A DNA stretch of 32,658 nucleotides from Chthonomonadales bacterium (GTDB taxonomy: Bacteria; Armatimonadota; Chthonomonadetes; Chthonomonadales; Chthonomonadaceae): contig JBBQPO010000028.1 of NCBI GenBank assembly GCA_038217285.1, positions 1 through 32,658 on the forward strand, read 5' to 3'. Under the pieces are notes generated by a model. The model was not told the DNA's origin. It saw only the letters and a list, made by a program, of their open reading frames with translations, and ran no database searches. A program made the position numbers and the translations under genes. Shown here piece after piece: positions 9,113 to 18,900 of the stretch. The first letter of the stretch is position 1. Each line of letters opens with the position of its first letter.

Positions 9113-9829
9113 ATGTCTGGCGCAGTCTCTCGGTTCTCGCGCACCTACGTGTTGTTTGCGCTGCCGGAAGAGGCTGCGCCGTTTTTGCGTCGTATGGCGG
9201 TCGTTCCGGCCTTACGCCACCGGTGTGAGGTCCAGGTTTCCGGGGTCGGAGCGGAGAAGGCGGCCCGAGAGACGACGCAGATACTGGCGGAGGGCGGGGT
9301 AAAGTGTCTGATCGTCTGCGGCTTCGGCGGTGGGTTGACCGAACAGATAACACCGGGATGTCTGATCGTCGCAGAGCGTGTCCTCGACGCCACGGGGGAG
9401 GCCTCCGCATCGCCAACCGTTTATCGACCGGATAGAGCGATGCGAGAGTTGGCGGACGGGCGCTGCGGCGATCTGGTGACGGTAGGGAACGTGCTGACGA
9501 CCCCGGCCGAGAAGCGCGCCCTGCATGTCCAGACAGAGGCCGACATGGTGGACATGGAGACAGTGGGCGCAGTGGCGGTAGCGGAGCAGGCGGGGGTGCC
9601 CTGGCTCGCCGTGCGGGCCGCCACAGACTCCGTAGACGCAGACCTCCCCTTCGATTTCAACACGCTGACCGATGCCGAAGGCAATGTAGACCGCCGACGG
9701 GTCATCGGGGCCACGCTGGCGCAGCCCTGGAAAATACCGGCGTTGATTCGGCTTGGCAGTCACTCCGCCCTGGCCGCCAAAAACCTTGCGCGTTTCCTCG
9801 AAACCTATCTGCAACGGTTGCCGGACTGA
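9113..9829 (+). CDS. hpnG: Nucleoside phosphorylase/MTAN-fold protein, HpnG-like hopanoid-associated phosphorylase
   Basis: FALPEEA, SGVG, GFGGGL, VDMET, VRAATD of the PNP/UDP_1 family; located with shc and hpnH. Confidence 0.75.
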   Translation: MSGAVSRFSRTYVLFALPEEAAPFLRRMAVVPALRHRCEVQVSGVGAEKAARETTQILAEGGVKCLIVCGFGGGLTEQITPGCLIVAERVLDATGEASASPTVYRPDRAMRELADGRCGDLVTVGNVLTTPAEKRALHVQTEADMVDMETVGAVAVAEQAGVPWLAVRAATDSVDADLPFDFNTLTDAEGNVDRRRVIGATLAQPWKIPALIRLGSHSALAAKNLARFLETYLQRLPD

Positions 9830-9832
9830 ACT

Positions 9833-11125
9833 ATGCACCAGAAACCAGAACGTCCTATCATTTTTATCTGCCTGCTGGTACTGTTCTCGCGTTCGGGAGG
9901 AGCGCAGGAGCTGACGTTGGCGGGGAGCGTGGCGTCGGCGTTGCGGCAGAGTCCGCAGGTGCGCCTCGCGAAAGCCGTGCGGGAGGCGGCCCTGGTGGAA
10001 GCCGAGCGCGGCAAACCGGTGGCGCGGCCCACCGTAGAGGCGCGTGCTGCCGGGACTTTGCAGGGGCCACGTGCGACTTTTCCACGCCCGGACGGCTCGC
10101 CTGCGACCGTTCTACCGGAGGAGGTAGGGCGGCTCGACCTGATCGTGGAGCAGCCTGTCTACCGTGCCGGTCAGCGCGCCGCCCGGGATCGGTACGGGGC
10201 CGCACAGGGCGAAGCGGAGTGGGAGTATCGGCGGGCGCTCTCGGCGGTGGCGCTGGCGGCCCGAAAGGCCTATATCGATGTGTTAAGGGCTGATGCTGGC
10301 GTCCGCGTAGCGCAGGACGGTCTGGAGGCGGCACAGCGGTATCAGGAGCTGGTGGCGCGGCAGATCGCGGCAGGGCTCGCGAAGCCGGTCGATGCCGGCA
10401 CGGCGGCGGGGCAGGCGGCAGAGGCACAGGGCGGCGTGACGCAGGCGACGAGCGCGCTCAAGCTGGCACGCATGAGTTTCAATCGCGTGTTAGGACGCGC
10501 GCTGACTGTCGAAGTTGTGCTGGAGCCTCTGCCGCCGGACCCGGCGAAAGCGCCGGATAGCCCGGAGGCGGCGATTGCGGCGGCCTGGCAGCATCGCCCG
10601 GAACTGCGCCTGCTGGAAGAGAACCTGCGGGGCGCACAAGCGGGCATCTCTCTGGCGAAGGCGCAGACACAGCCAGCGCTAAATCTGCGCGGCCAGATCA
10701 GCGAACAGACGCCGAGTGCCTTTGTACGTGAACACTATGCCGCTGCGACTCTGGAACTGCGCTGGTCCCTTCTGGACGGCGGCAAGGCGCGCCTGGACAC
10801 TCAGGAAGCCAGGGCACAAGCGAGCCGGATAGGGGCGCTGCGCGAGGATGCACGACAGGGCATCGCGCTCGAAGTGACGCAGTTCTGGCAGCAGAGGCGG
10901 GACGCGCAGGAGAAGATCGGCCTCACCCGTACGCAGCGGGAAGGTCTGGAGGCGACGGTGGCGGTGGCGGAGAAGGCCTACGAGGTGGGACGCGGGACGG
11001 CTATCGAGGTGCAGGCCGCGCAGCGGGAAGTACGCAGCGCCCGTGCCCGCGAGGTGCAGGCTCTCTACGACCTGCATGCCTCCTCCGCAGATTTCGCACA
11101 CGCGCAGGGTGAGGACGTGCCATGA
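9833..11125 (+). CDS. TolC-family outer-membrane efflux protein
   Basis: Signal peptide; LTLAGSVASAL..SP start; duplicated helical/beta repeats; HRPEL; AEKAYEVG; followed by an MFP. Confidence 0.9.
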   Translation: MHQKPERPIIFICLLVLFSRSGGAQELTLAGSVASALRQSPQVRLAKAVREAALVEAERGKPVARPTVEARAAGTLQGPRATFPRPDGSPATVLPEEVGRLDLIVEQPVYRAGQRAARDRYGAAQGEAEWEYRRALSAVALAARKAYIDVLRADAGVRVAQDGLEAAQRYQELVARQIAAGLAKPVDAGTAAGQAAEAQGGVTQATSALKLARMSFNRVLGRALTVEVVLEPLPPDPAKAPDSPEAAIAAAWQHRPELRLLEENLRGAQAGISLAKAQTQPALNLRGQISEQTPSAFVREHYAAATLELRWSLLDGGKARLDTQEARAQASRIGALREDARQGIALEVTQFWQQRRDAQEKIGLTRTQREGLEATVAVAEKAYEVGRGTAIEVQAAQREVRSARAREVQALYDLHASSADFAHAQGEDVP

Positions 11126-12408
11126 CCGGCGGGCAAGCGCGACTTCTGGGCGGCGCGGCGGTTCTCGTCGTCGTCGGTGCAGCGGCGTGGATGCTGCGTC
11201 CTCATGAGTCGCCCTCTCTGCCGCCCCCAGGCGTGGGCGCCTCGCCACAGCCACCGACCAAGATCCATACGAACGCCGCCTCGGAGCTGGTGCCTGCTGC
11301 GCCTGCCACTCTGTCGCTGCTCGGCAGTGTGCAGTCCGAGGCGCAGAGCACACTTTCGGTGCGGATGCCGGGACGGATCGTGGCCGTTGGCGCGCGGGAA
11401 GGGGATACGGTTCACGCCGGACAGGTGCTCGTCTCCCTCGACGATACCGATGTGCGCCGGCAGATACAGCAGGCGGAAGCGGGCGTATTGGCGGCTCAGG
11501 CGCAGATAGATCGGGCTGAAAAAGGAGTCGCTGCGCAGCAGGGCAAAGCCGACGGCGAGGTGCTGACGGCGCACTCTGCCCTGGAAACCGCGCAGGGACA
11601 TCAAAAGCAGGCGGCGGCAGGCGTGGAGACGGCGCGGAGCGAACAGCAGGCGGATGTGAAACTGGCCCAGGACGGCGTCAACAAGGCGGAACAGGCGCTG
11701 GCTCAGGCCCATCAGACCCTGGCCTCCCTGGAAGAACTGAACAAGATCGGCGGCGTGGCGCGCAACGATCTGGACGGAGCACGGCGGCAGGTGAAGGTCG
11801 CCGAATCGGACCTTGCCACCGCGAATACACAGTTGCGGCGCGCGAACGCCACCGACGCGACGACCGGAACGCCGGTGCGTGTGGCGGCGGTGCAACGCGA
11901 TCTCGTGGCAGCGCGGCAGGGCGTTCACGCCGCCAAAGCGGGATTAGCGCTCGCGGAGCAGGGCCGTAAACAGGCGCTGGCCGTGGCGGCCAGCGAGGTC
12001 GGCGCGGTGAAGGCGGCACTGGTGCAGGCGCAGGCCGGCATGGCTACCGCTCAGGCCGGAGAGGCGCAGACTCGGCTTGCAAGCCCCATCGAGGGGGTTG
12101 TCAGCGCCGTGATGGCGCATGTCGGCGACACAGCCCAGCCCGGTATGCCCCTGCTCACGGTCGTATCGCTCTCCGGGCTGCGAGTCGATGCCCTGGTTCC
12201 GGCCCGTCAACTGAGTCTGCTCCACCTTGGACAACAGGCCCATGTCGCCGTAGACACCGATCCGTCCCGCACCTATCCCGCCGCCGTCAGCGAGATCGCC
12301 CGAATCGCGGAGCCGGACGGGCGCACGTTCCATGTGCGCTTCCACCTTTCCTCCCGGAGCGCTCTGCGGCCCGGTCAGACCGCCCGCATTACCTTAGGGA
12401 CGCGTTGA
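11122..12408 (+). CDS. RND efflux periplasmic adaptor (HlyD/MFP family) with a long coiled coil
   Basis: N-terminal TM anchor; lipoyl half-motifs REGDTVHAGQVLVSLD and LASPIEGVV..GDTAQPG; LRPGQTARI; ATGA overlap with the TolC gene. Confidence 0.9.
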   Translation: MTGGQARLLGGAAVLVVVGAAAWMLRPHESPSLPPPGVGASPQPPTKIHTNAASELVPAAPATLSLLGSVQSEAQSTLSVRMPGRIVAVGAREGDTVHAGQVLVSLDDTDVRRQIQQAEAGVLAAQAQIDRAEKGVAAQQGKADGEVLTAHSALETAQGHQKQAAAGVETARSEQQADVKLAQDGVNKAEQALAQAHQTLASLEELNKIGGVARNDLDGARRQVKVAESDLATANTQLRRANATDATTGTPVRVAAVQRDLVAARQGVHAAKAGLALAEQGRKQALAVAASEVGAVKAALVQAQAGMATAQAGEAQTRLASPIEGVVSAVMAHVGDTAQPGMPLLTVVSLSGLRVDALVPARQLSLLHLGQQAHVAVDTDPSRTYPAAVSEIARIAEPDGRTFHVRFHLSSRSALRPGQTARITLGTR

Positions 12409-12428
12409 CGTTCTTCTGACTTGTCGGA

Positions 12429-12456
12429 TTGCCTCTTTCACTTCTCTTGGTATAGC
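12429..12456 (+). promoter_or_regulatory. Promoter candidate for the cassette
   Basis: TTGCCT (12429-12434), 16 nt, then TATAGC (12451-12456) with a TGn extended -10. Confidence 0.4.
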
Positions 12457-12538
12457 CTTAGAGGAGATAGGTAAGCGCTCAGAGAAACACTCCAACAGAA
12501 ATGATTAGTAAGGCTGATGTAGGTAGGATGAGAATCGT

Positions 12539-13114
12539 ATGGATGAGAAAATTCTTGACTTGAGCGCCCAGCTACAGACCTGCAAAACTGAACATGAACA
12601 ACAGGTATTTGAAATTGAGCGGCTGAAGGCAGAGATCGCAGTAATCAAACCTCAACTCGATGCTCTTCTCTCCTCCAACGGAGACGGAGGTAAACTTCAT
12701 GCAGATTACAGGCAACTGAAGGCAGTATTTCATACACATCTCAAGTGGGCTGGATCACGTAAAGAACCGTCCAGTTATCTTCTCTTATTCTATGCGGTCG
12801 AATGCGGCTTGAAATACGTCTACTTGCGCAGAAACCGGATGGCATCCACTCAACAACTTGCAGAAAGCGGCTTGCTGTCGGGTAATGGTCATGATCTGAT
12901 GAAATGGTGTAAGGATCTAAAAATGCCTGCATCACTTGCAGGCGTAACTGTGCACTTTCGTCTGCTGAGCAACACTTCAAAGCAATATAACATAGGTAAG
13001 GCCCATGAAGCGTGGCGCTATGGGGTTCCTATCGAAAAAAGTACCCAGGATACCATCGTGGAGTGGCTCACCGCCGTATCTGATTGGATAAAACTACAGC
13101 CGGAGGCTAAATAA
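12539..13114 (+). CDS. HEPN-like protein with an N-terminal coiled coil
   Basis: LLLFYAVECGLK ... GHDL ... WRYG, matching the HEPN (PF05168-like) pattern AVEKALK/HDL/RY; heptad-like first ~45 aa. Confidence 0.6.
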   Translation: MDEKILDLSAQLQTCKTEHEQQVFEIERLKAEIAVIKPQLDALLSSNGDGGKLHADYRQLKAVFHTHLKWAGSRKEPSSYLLLFYAVECGLKYVYLRRNRMASTQQLAESGLLSGNGHDLMKWCKDLKMPASLAGVTVHFRLLSNTSKQYNIGKAHEAWRYGVPIEKSTQDTIVEWLTAVSDWIKLQPEAK

Positions 13115-13115
13115 G

Positions 13116-15884
13116 TTGCTTTCACCTGATATTCGCCTTTATACATGGATAGACGTGGAAGAAGCTTTATCTCAAACAATCGAGAAGGAAGCTCCCCCTT
13201 CATGGCTGGTTGGAGCGAGTGCGTATTGGGAAGGGCTAACAATAAGTGTTAAGCCGAATTCTGGTTCGCTCCCTCTGGAATGGCTCAACGAGGTATTTGC
13301 GCCACGTTTTGCTCCCGAAAATGCCATTGGCAACTCTGATCCAGCCATCGTTTTAGAGAGCACGGATGGTGCCTCGCGACTGTTACGTGTGTTCGTAGAA
13401 GAAGTTGATGGGGCAACCACGTCTACCCAGTTCATACCTAGCTTCCAAAGACAATCTGAAATAGTGCTAAAGTCTCCCATCCGGTTTCCCGCTCGGCTTT
13501 TGGACTCTCCGCCTGTCATAACTTTTCATTCCTTCAAAGGCGGCGTTGGTCGCACAGCACACGCAATCGCTTTGGCACAAGCCATGGTCAAAAATGGAAA
13601 GAACGTGCTCCTCATAGATGGCGATCTGGAAGCACCAGGTATTAGCTGGTTGCTTCATAGCAGGTTGAAAGACCCACCGGTGTCATTCGCCGATTTCCTG
13701 GCATTGATACATGGTGATACCGATCTGGACTATTCGGGTTCAATTTCATTAGTTTATGACCGTCTGCTCAATGCGGAACTTAATGGTATATATGTTATGC
13801 CTGCATTCCGCACAATTGAGCGGTATGTATCCTTGGAAATTCGTCCAGAACATATCTTGCAGGGATCTAAAGATCCATTTGTTTTGACAAGCCTTTTGTC
13901 AAGACTAGGCAAAAAACTCGGTGTGAGTGCTGTCATTATAGACCTGCGTGCAGGCTTTTCAGAGCTATCTGCGGGGTTGCTGCTTGACCCGCGTAACTAT
14001 CGCATATTAGTCACTACGTTGGGCGGACAATCCATCGCTGGCACTGAGCAGGTCTTGTCACTCTTGGGTCGAACCGAAAAAGCGGCCAAGCAGGCAGATT
14101 CTCAGGAGGAATATCCGCGACCCATCGTTATTTTCAACATGGTTCCGCCTGACCAAGAAAACGGTCGCCTCATCGATTGTCAACAAAAAATTCAAGAAGC
14201 AGCTTCTGCTTTTCTGGACGATAATATTCTGGGCCTTCCCACCGTTACCTCGCAGTTCGACTCCAGCTTGCTCGGCATTCCGCTGGAATGGGAAGATGTC
14301 GTTAATCGTCTCGAGAAGGCAGGCATTGTTGAAACGGCGCAAGAAGTACTTGATCTGTTACCGTGGCCGGAAACCTCCACGTCTTCGATACCTCCCTCAG
14401 TTGTTACTGCCGATGATACATTGACGCGAAGACAAAAGCTGGATGAATTCACGACTAAGCTAGTCGTGGCTGAAACTGGTACAGAGAACGACTTACTGAT
14501 CACATCTTCGCTACAAAATCTCGCGTCTGACAATCGTCGTCAAGTTCCTACTGTCATAGTGGTTGGGGCCAAGGGAGCGGGTAAGACCTATACGTTTATT
14601 CAACTCGTTCGGCTAAAAACGTGGAACGCTTTCGTCCGCAAAGCAGGAAAACCAAGTGCCCATTTGATACGTATTACTGTTCCTCGCTCCGCACTTGAGA
14701 ACAAATCCGAACAACCAGAGACCAGTCACCTAGATGCTGCCTTCGATGCCGTGGTCTTCCCTGTTCTCGCGTCGAGAAATTTAGGGGTGTCAGCTAGCCA
14801 ATTAGTCAAGGAGGGACAAGACGCTGCGCTGTCCAGTCTCGGTTTTGCCACCGCCATGTCCGCGCCTGAAATACACGATGTAATTCGTGAGAGGCTTGGC
14901 CTCAGTCTTCACGAAGGGAATTGGAGACAGATATGGTTGGATATAATCGCTTGGAGTATTGGTTTTCATGTCAAAGAAGAAGGAGCGGGGCTGGGACTGG
15001 CAAAGCACCTACAAGAAACAGGCAAAAAGGTAGTGTGCGTATTTGACGGCCTCGAGGACCTGTTCCCGAACTTTTCCGTTGCGTCGTCACCAGAACAGGT
15101 GGCTCTAAGAGCTCTACTTCAGGAAGTTCCTGACTGGTTGAACCAACAGCCAGGCAAGCCTGTAGGGATAGTGGTGTTCGTCCGTCGGGACATGGTTGCT
15201 ACCACCATAAAACAGAACGTGGCGCAGTTTCTCGCTCGTTATGATGCATACGCGCTTAAGTGGAGTCGAGAAGAAGCACTGCGTCTTGTCGCGTGGACTG
15301 CGGTTAAAGCAGAAGCATTACCTGATGATTCTGTATCTACCGATCTACAAAAGATGGAAGAACCAGAGTTAATAGTGAAGCTTTATCCACTATGGGGGAA
15401 AAAGCTAGGTCGTGAGAACTCGCGGGAAGGGCGTTCTGCTGAGTGGGTGATTGCTGCCTTATCCGATTATAAGGGGCAGATTCAGGCAAGAGACTTAGTA
15501 CGTCTGTTAAGTTTAGCCTCGCGTAAATCCTTAATCGACCAGCAATGGACAGACCGGTTGCTGACACCCAATGCGATTAGAGATTCACTCAATGAATGTA
15601 GTAAGCAGAAGATAGAGGAAATAGAGGCCGAAAATACTCCCCTTAAAACGATATTCGGCAAAATGCGAAAACATAGCGTAGAAAGGCAGATTCCGTTTCG
15701 ACAAGAGGAGATGGAGCTTACGGGCGAGGACATTAAAGCACTCGAAGATAACGGAATACTTCTTCGCGACGTTGACGTTTATTATATGCCTGAGATATTT
15801 CGACGAGGCCTTGATTTTGACCTTAAATCCGGAGTCAGGTCGCGTGTGCTTAGTATGGCCTATAGAGCTACCCGCAGAAAATAG
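13116..15884 (+). CDS. Multidomain NTPase: KGGVGR-variant ParA/MinD domain fused to a second P-loop ATPase (Sll1717-like)
   Basis: VITFHSFKGGVGRT (K at 13536), LLIDGDLEAPG and IIDLRAG in domain 1; VVGAKGAGKT (14565-14588), VCVFDGLED and VFVRRD in domain 2. TTG start 1 nt after the HEPN-like stop. Confidence 0.85.
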   Translation: MLSPDIRLYTWIDVEEALSQTIEKEAPPSWLVGASAYWEGLTISVKPNSGSLPLEWLNEVFAPRFAPENAIGNSDPAIVLESTDGASRLLRVFVEEVDGATTSTQFIPSFQRQSEIVLKSPIRFPARLLDSPPVITFHSFKGGVGRTAHAIALAQAMVKNGKNVLLIDGDLEAPGISWLLHSRLKDPPVSFADFLALIHGDTDLDYSGSISLVYDRLLNAELNGIYVMPAFRTIERYVSLEIRPEHILQGSKDPFVLTSLLSRLGKKLGVSAVIIDLRAGFSELSAGLLLDPRNYRILVTTLGGQSIAGTEQVLSLLGRTEKAAKQADSQEEYPRPIVIFNMVPPDQENGRLIDCQQKIQEAASAFLDDNILGLPTVTSQFDSSLLGIPLEWEDVVNRLEKAGIVETAQEVLDLLPWPETSTSSIPPSVVTADDTLTRRQKLDEFTTKLVVAETGTENDLLITSSLQNLASDNRRQVPTVIVVGAKGAGKTYTFIQLVRLKTWNAFVRKAGKPSAHLIRITVPRSALENKSEQPETSHLDAAFDAVVFPVLASRNLGVSASQLVKEGQDAALSSLGFATAMSAPEIHDVIRERLGLSLHEGNWRQIWLDIIAWSIGFHVKEEGAGLGLAKHLQETGKKVVCVFDGLEDLFPNFSVASSPEQVALRALLQEVPDWLNQQPGKPVGIVVFVRRDMVATTIKQNVAQFLARYDAYALKWSREEALRLVAWTAVKAEALPDDSVSTDLQKMEEPELIVKLYPLWGKKLGRENSREGRSAEWVIAALSDYKGQIQARDLVRLLSLASRKSLIDQQWTDRLLTPNAIRDSLNECSKQKIEEIEAENTPLKTIFGKMRKHSVERQIPFRQEEMELTGEDIKALEDNGILLRDVDVYYMPEIFRRGLDFDLKSGVRSRVLSMAYRATRRK

Positions 15885-15949
15885 TTTGGAGTAATCATAA
15901 ATGGCAGTCATGCGTCGATGGTCGTGACGTCCTCAGGGCGACTATAGTA

Positions 15950-18900
15950 ATGTGGTTCACGCGTCTGGCGATCTCTCGACCCGTCCTCATCTGGATGGCC
16001 CTGGCCGCAATCGCGGTGCTGGGCCTGCGGGCTTACACACGCCTGCCTGCCGAGCTAAACCCCAAGGTCGATATTCCTACCCTGACGGTGACGACCATCT
16101 ATCCCGGCGCGGAACCACCCGAGATCGAGACGCAACTCAGCAAGCCGCTGGAGGATGCCGTCGGAACCGTGCCGGGCGTTCGGAACGTCTACTCCAGTTC
16201 GCAGAGCGGCGTCTCGATCATCAGTATGGACTTCCGGGTCGGAACCGATCTGGACGTGGCGGCGGCGGAGGTGCGGGGGCGCGTGGAGGCGGTGCGCGCG
16301 CAGTTGCCGCCGGAAGCCCGCCCGCCCGTGGTGGCGAAGCTCGACATCAACGCCCTGCCCATTCTCTATCTCGGGCTGGAGTGTCCCTCGCTTACGCTTC
16401 AGCAGTTGCGCGCGCTGGCGGACAACACCCTGCGTCCGCGTCTGGAGCGGGTTTCGGGTGTGGCGACGGTACGCGTGATCGGCGGAGAACAGCGCGAGAT
16501 CCATGTCGCGATAGATGCCCACAGACTGGCGCCGCTGGGGTTGACCATCGCCGACGTCGTGAACTCGATCAAGGCAGGCGGACACGATGTGCCCGGTGGC
16601 GACATCACCCAGGCCCGTAACCAGACCGGGGTGCGGCTGGCCGCCGCCTTCGGCTCCCTCGACTCCATCGCCAATACGCCGCTGATCGCCTCGCAACTGG
16701 CGGCACATGCGGCCGGCACGAGGCCCGGCTCCGATCTGCCTGCGCCGCCGCTGACGGTGGCGGATGTGGCCGACCTCTCCGACGGCAACGCGGAGCGCTC
16801 GGAGATCAATCGCATCGATGGCCATCCCGGTATCAGTCTGGTTCTGACGAAAGCCTCCGACGCCAACACTGTCGCCGTCGTGGAGGAGGCGAACCAGGCG
16901 CTGGAACAGTTGCAGCCCTCCCTTCCCGCCGATCTACGCCGCATCGTCCTGCGTGACGACTCTGTGACCGTGCGCGACGCCCTCCAGGATGTCAACGGCA
17001 GCCTGCTGCTCGGGGCCGTGCTCGCGATGGTCGTGATCCTGTTCTTTCTCCACAACCTGCGCGGCACCCTCATTGTCTCCCTCGCCATTCCCGCCTGTAT
17101 CGTCGCCACCTTTCTGGTGATGTCCGTGGCAGGGTTCACGCTGAACCAGATGACGCTGCTGGCCCTCTCGCTCTCGGTCGGAATTCTTGTAGACGACTCG
17201 ATCGTCGTGCTGGAGAGCATCACGCGGCATCTGAAAAACGGGGAGACACCTCGCGAGGCCGCGTTCAACGGGCGCACCGAGATCGGCTTCGCCGACCTGA
17301 CGACGACTCTGGTCGATGTCGTGGTGTTCGTTCCGATCGCGTTCATGGGCGGTATCGTCGGCGGATTTTTCAAGCAGTTCGGCCTGGTCATCGTCACCGC
17401 CACGCTCTTCTCGCTCGTCGTCTCGTTCTCGCTGACGCCGATGCTGGCCTCCCGCTGGTATCGGGCAGGAGAGGATACGGAGGCGAAACACGGCTTCTTC
17501 GCGCCCTTCGAGCGCTTCTACCAGTGGCTGGAGGCGAACTACCGGCATGTGATCACCTGGGCGCTGCGCCACCGGGGGACGGTAGTGCTGGCCGGTGTGG
17601 CAGGGCTGGCGCTGATCTTCGTCGTCTCCTTCGCCCGGCTCGGCTTCGAGTTCCTGCCGGGAACCGACCAGGGGCAGATCACGGTCGCGCTGGAGATGCC
17701 GCCGGGAACCAGTCTGACCGCGACCGACGCTGTGGCGCGGGAGATGGAACAACTCGTTTTGAAGACGCCCGAGGTGCAGGCAGTCGTGACCAACGTCGGG
17801 CAGATCCTCGGCGGGTTCGGCTCCATTCCCCAGCAGGGCGCGCAGCTCGCGCAGTGCAATGTACGGCTGAACGAGAAGCGCGCGCTGCTCGATCCGATCC
17901 TGCATCCCGGCGGGCTGCCGAACACTCGCCTTCATACCGATATCGAGATCGGGAACGTGCTGCGCCGGACGCTGCTGCCGCTGGCGAGCCGGTCCGGAGG
18001 CCGGATCATCGTCAATCCGGTCAGAACGGTCGAGGGTATCTCGGCGCCGATCGAGATCAATTTGCGCGGCGCGGACATCGACCGCCTCACGCAGTTCGCG
18101 GCGCAGGTGCAGCAGCGGCTCGACACGGTGCCCGGTGTGATCGATCCTACGGTTTCGGCGCAGAGCGGCAAGCCGGAGGTGAGCGTCACGGTAGACCCGC
18201 GCCGCGCGGCCCAGTTCGGCATCCCGACCGGGCAGGCGGGTGAGATTTTGCGCGACTCCCTGGCAGGCAACTCCGACGCCGTCTTCCGGCAGAACGGACA
18301 GGAGTTCCCGATTCGTATTCGGCTTCAGGGCGTTCAGCGGGATGCGCCCGGCGATGTCCAGAACATCGTAGTCGGCGCGGATGCCCAGGGCCAGCCGGTG
18401 ACCCTGGCCGACATCGCGGATATTCGCCTGCATACCGGCCCCGCCAGTATCGAGCGCGAGAATGGGCAGAGGCTGGTGTCGGTAAAGGCGAACCTCTCAC
18501 CGGAAGTTCCGCTCGGCAATGCCCAGCAGACGATCAACGTCCTGCTGAAGGGGATGCCCCACGCGGACATCGACGTCAAGTGGGGCGGCGAGGCGGAGAC
18601 CATGAATGAGAACGCGCCCCTGATGGCGGAGTCCTTGATTCTGGCCGTGGTGCTCGTCTACATCGTCATGGCCTCGCTCTTCAACAGCCTGGGAACGCCC
18701 TTCGTCATCATGTTCACGCTGCCGATGGCGCTGGTCGGCGCGCTCGGCGCGCTGGTTCTGCTGGGCGAAACGATGTCGCTGGTCGCCGCCATCGGTATCG
18801 TCATGCTCGTCGGACTGATGGGCCGCAATGCGATCCTGCTGCTGGACTATACGAACACCCTGCGCGCCCGGGGAGCGACCCGTAACGCCGCCCTTCTGGA

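Larger units (their letters stand above)
12409..15949. mobile_element. AT-rich, probably horizontally acquired two-gene cassette inserted in the efflux operon (no integrase or transposase visible)
   Basis: Sharp compositional drop: spot counts 21/60 GC at 13741-13800 and 27/60 at 14161-14220, versus 44/60 at 11881-11940. A/T-ending codons. Separates the MFP from the RND permease. Confidence 0.75.

Noticed and set aside
11450-12070. Tandem repeat or CRISPR-like periodicity in the MFP gene
   Set aside because: The repetitiveness reflects Ala/Gln-rich coiled-coil codons; there are no fixed repeat-spacer units.
13500-14330. Plasmid/chromosome partition ParA or BY-kinase
   Set aside because: KGGVGRT variant, fused to a second ATPase, with no parB/parS, no Tyr-rich tail and no capsule genes.
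12409-15949. IS element, prophage or integron cassette
   Set aside because: No transposase, integrase, terminal inverted repeats, attC-like site or phage genes visible.
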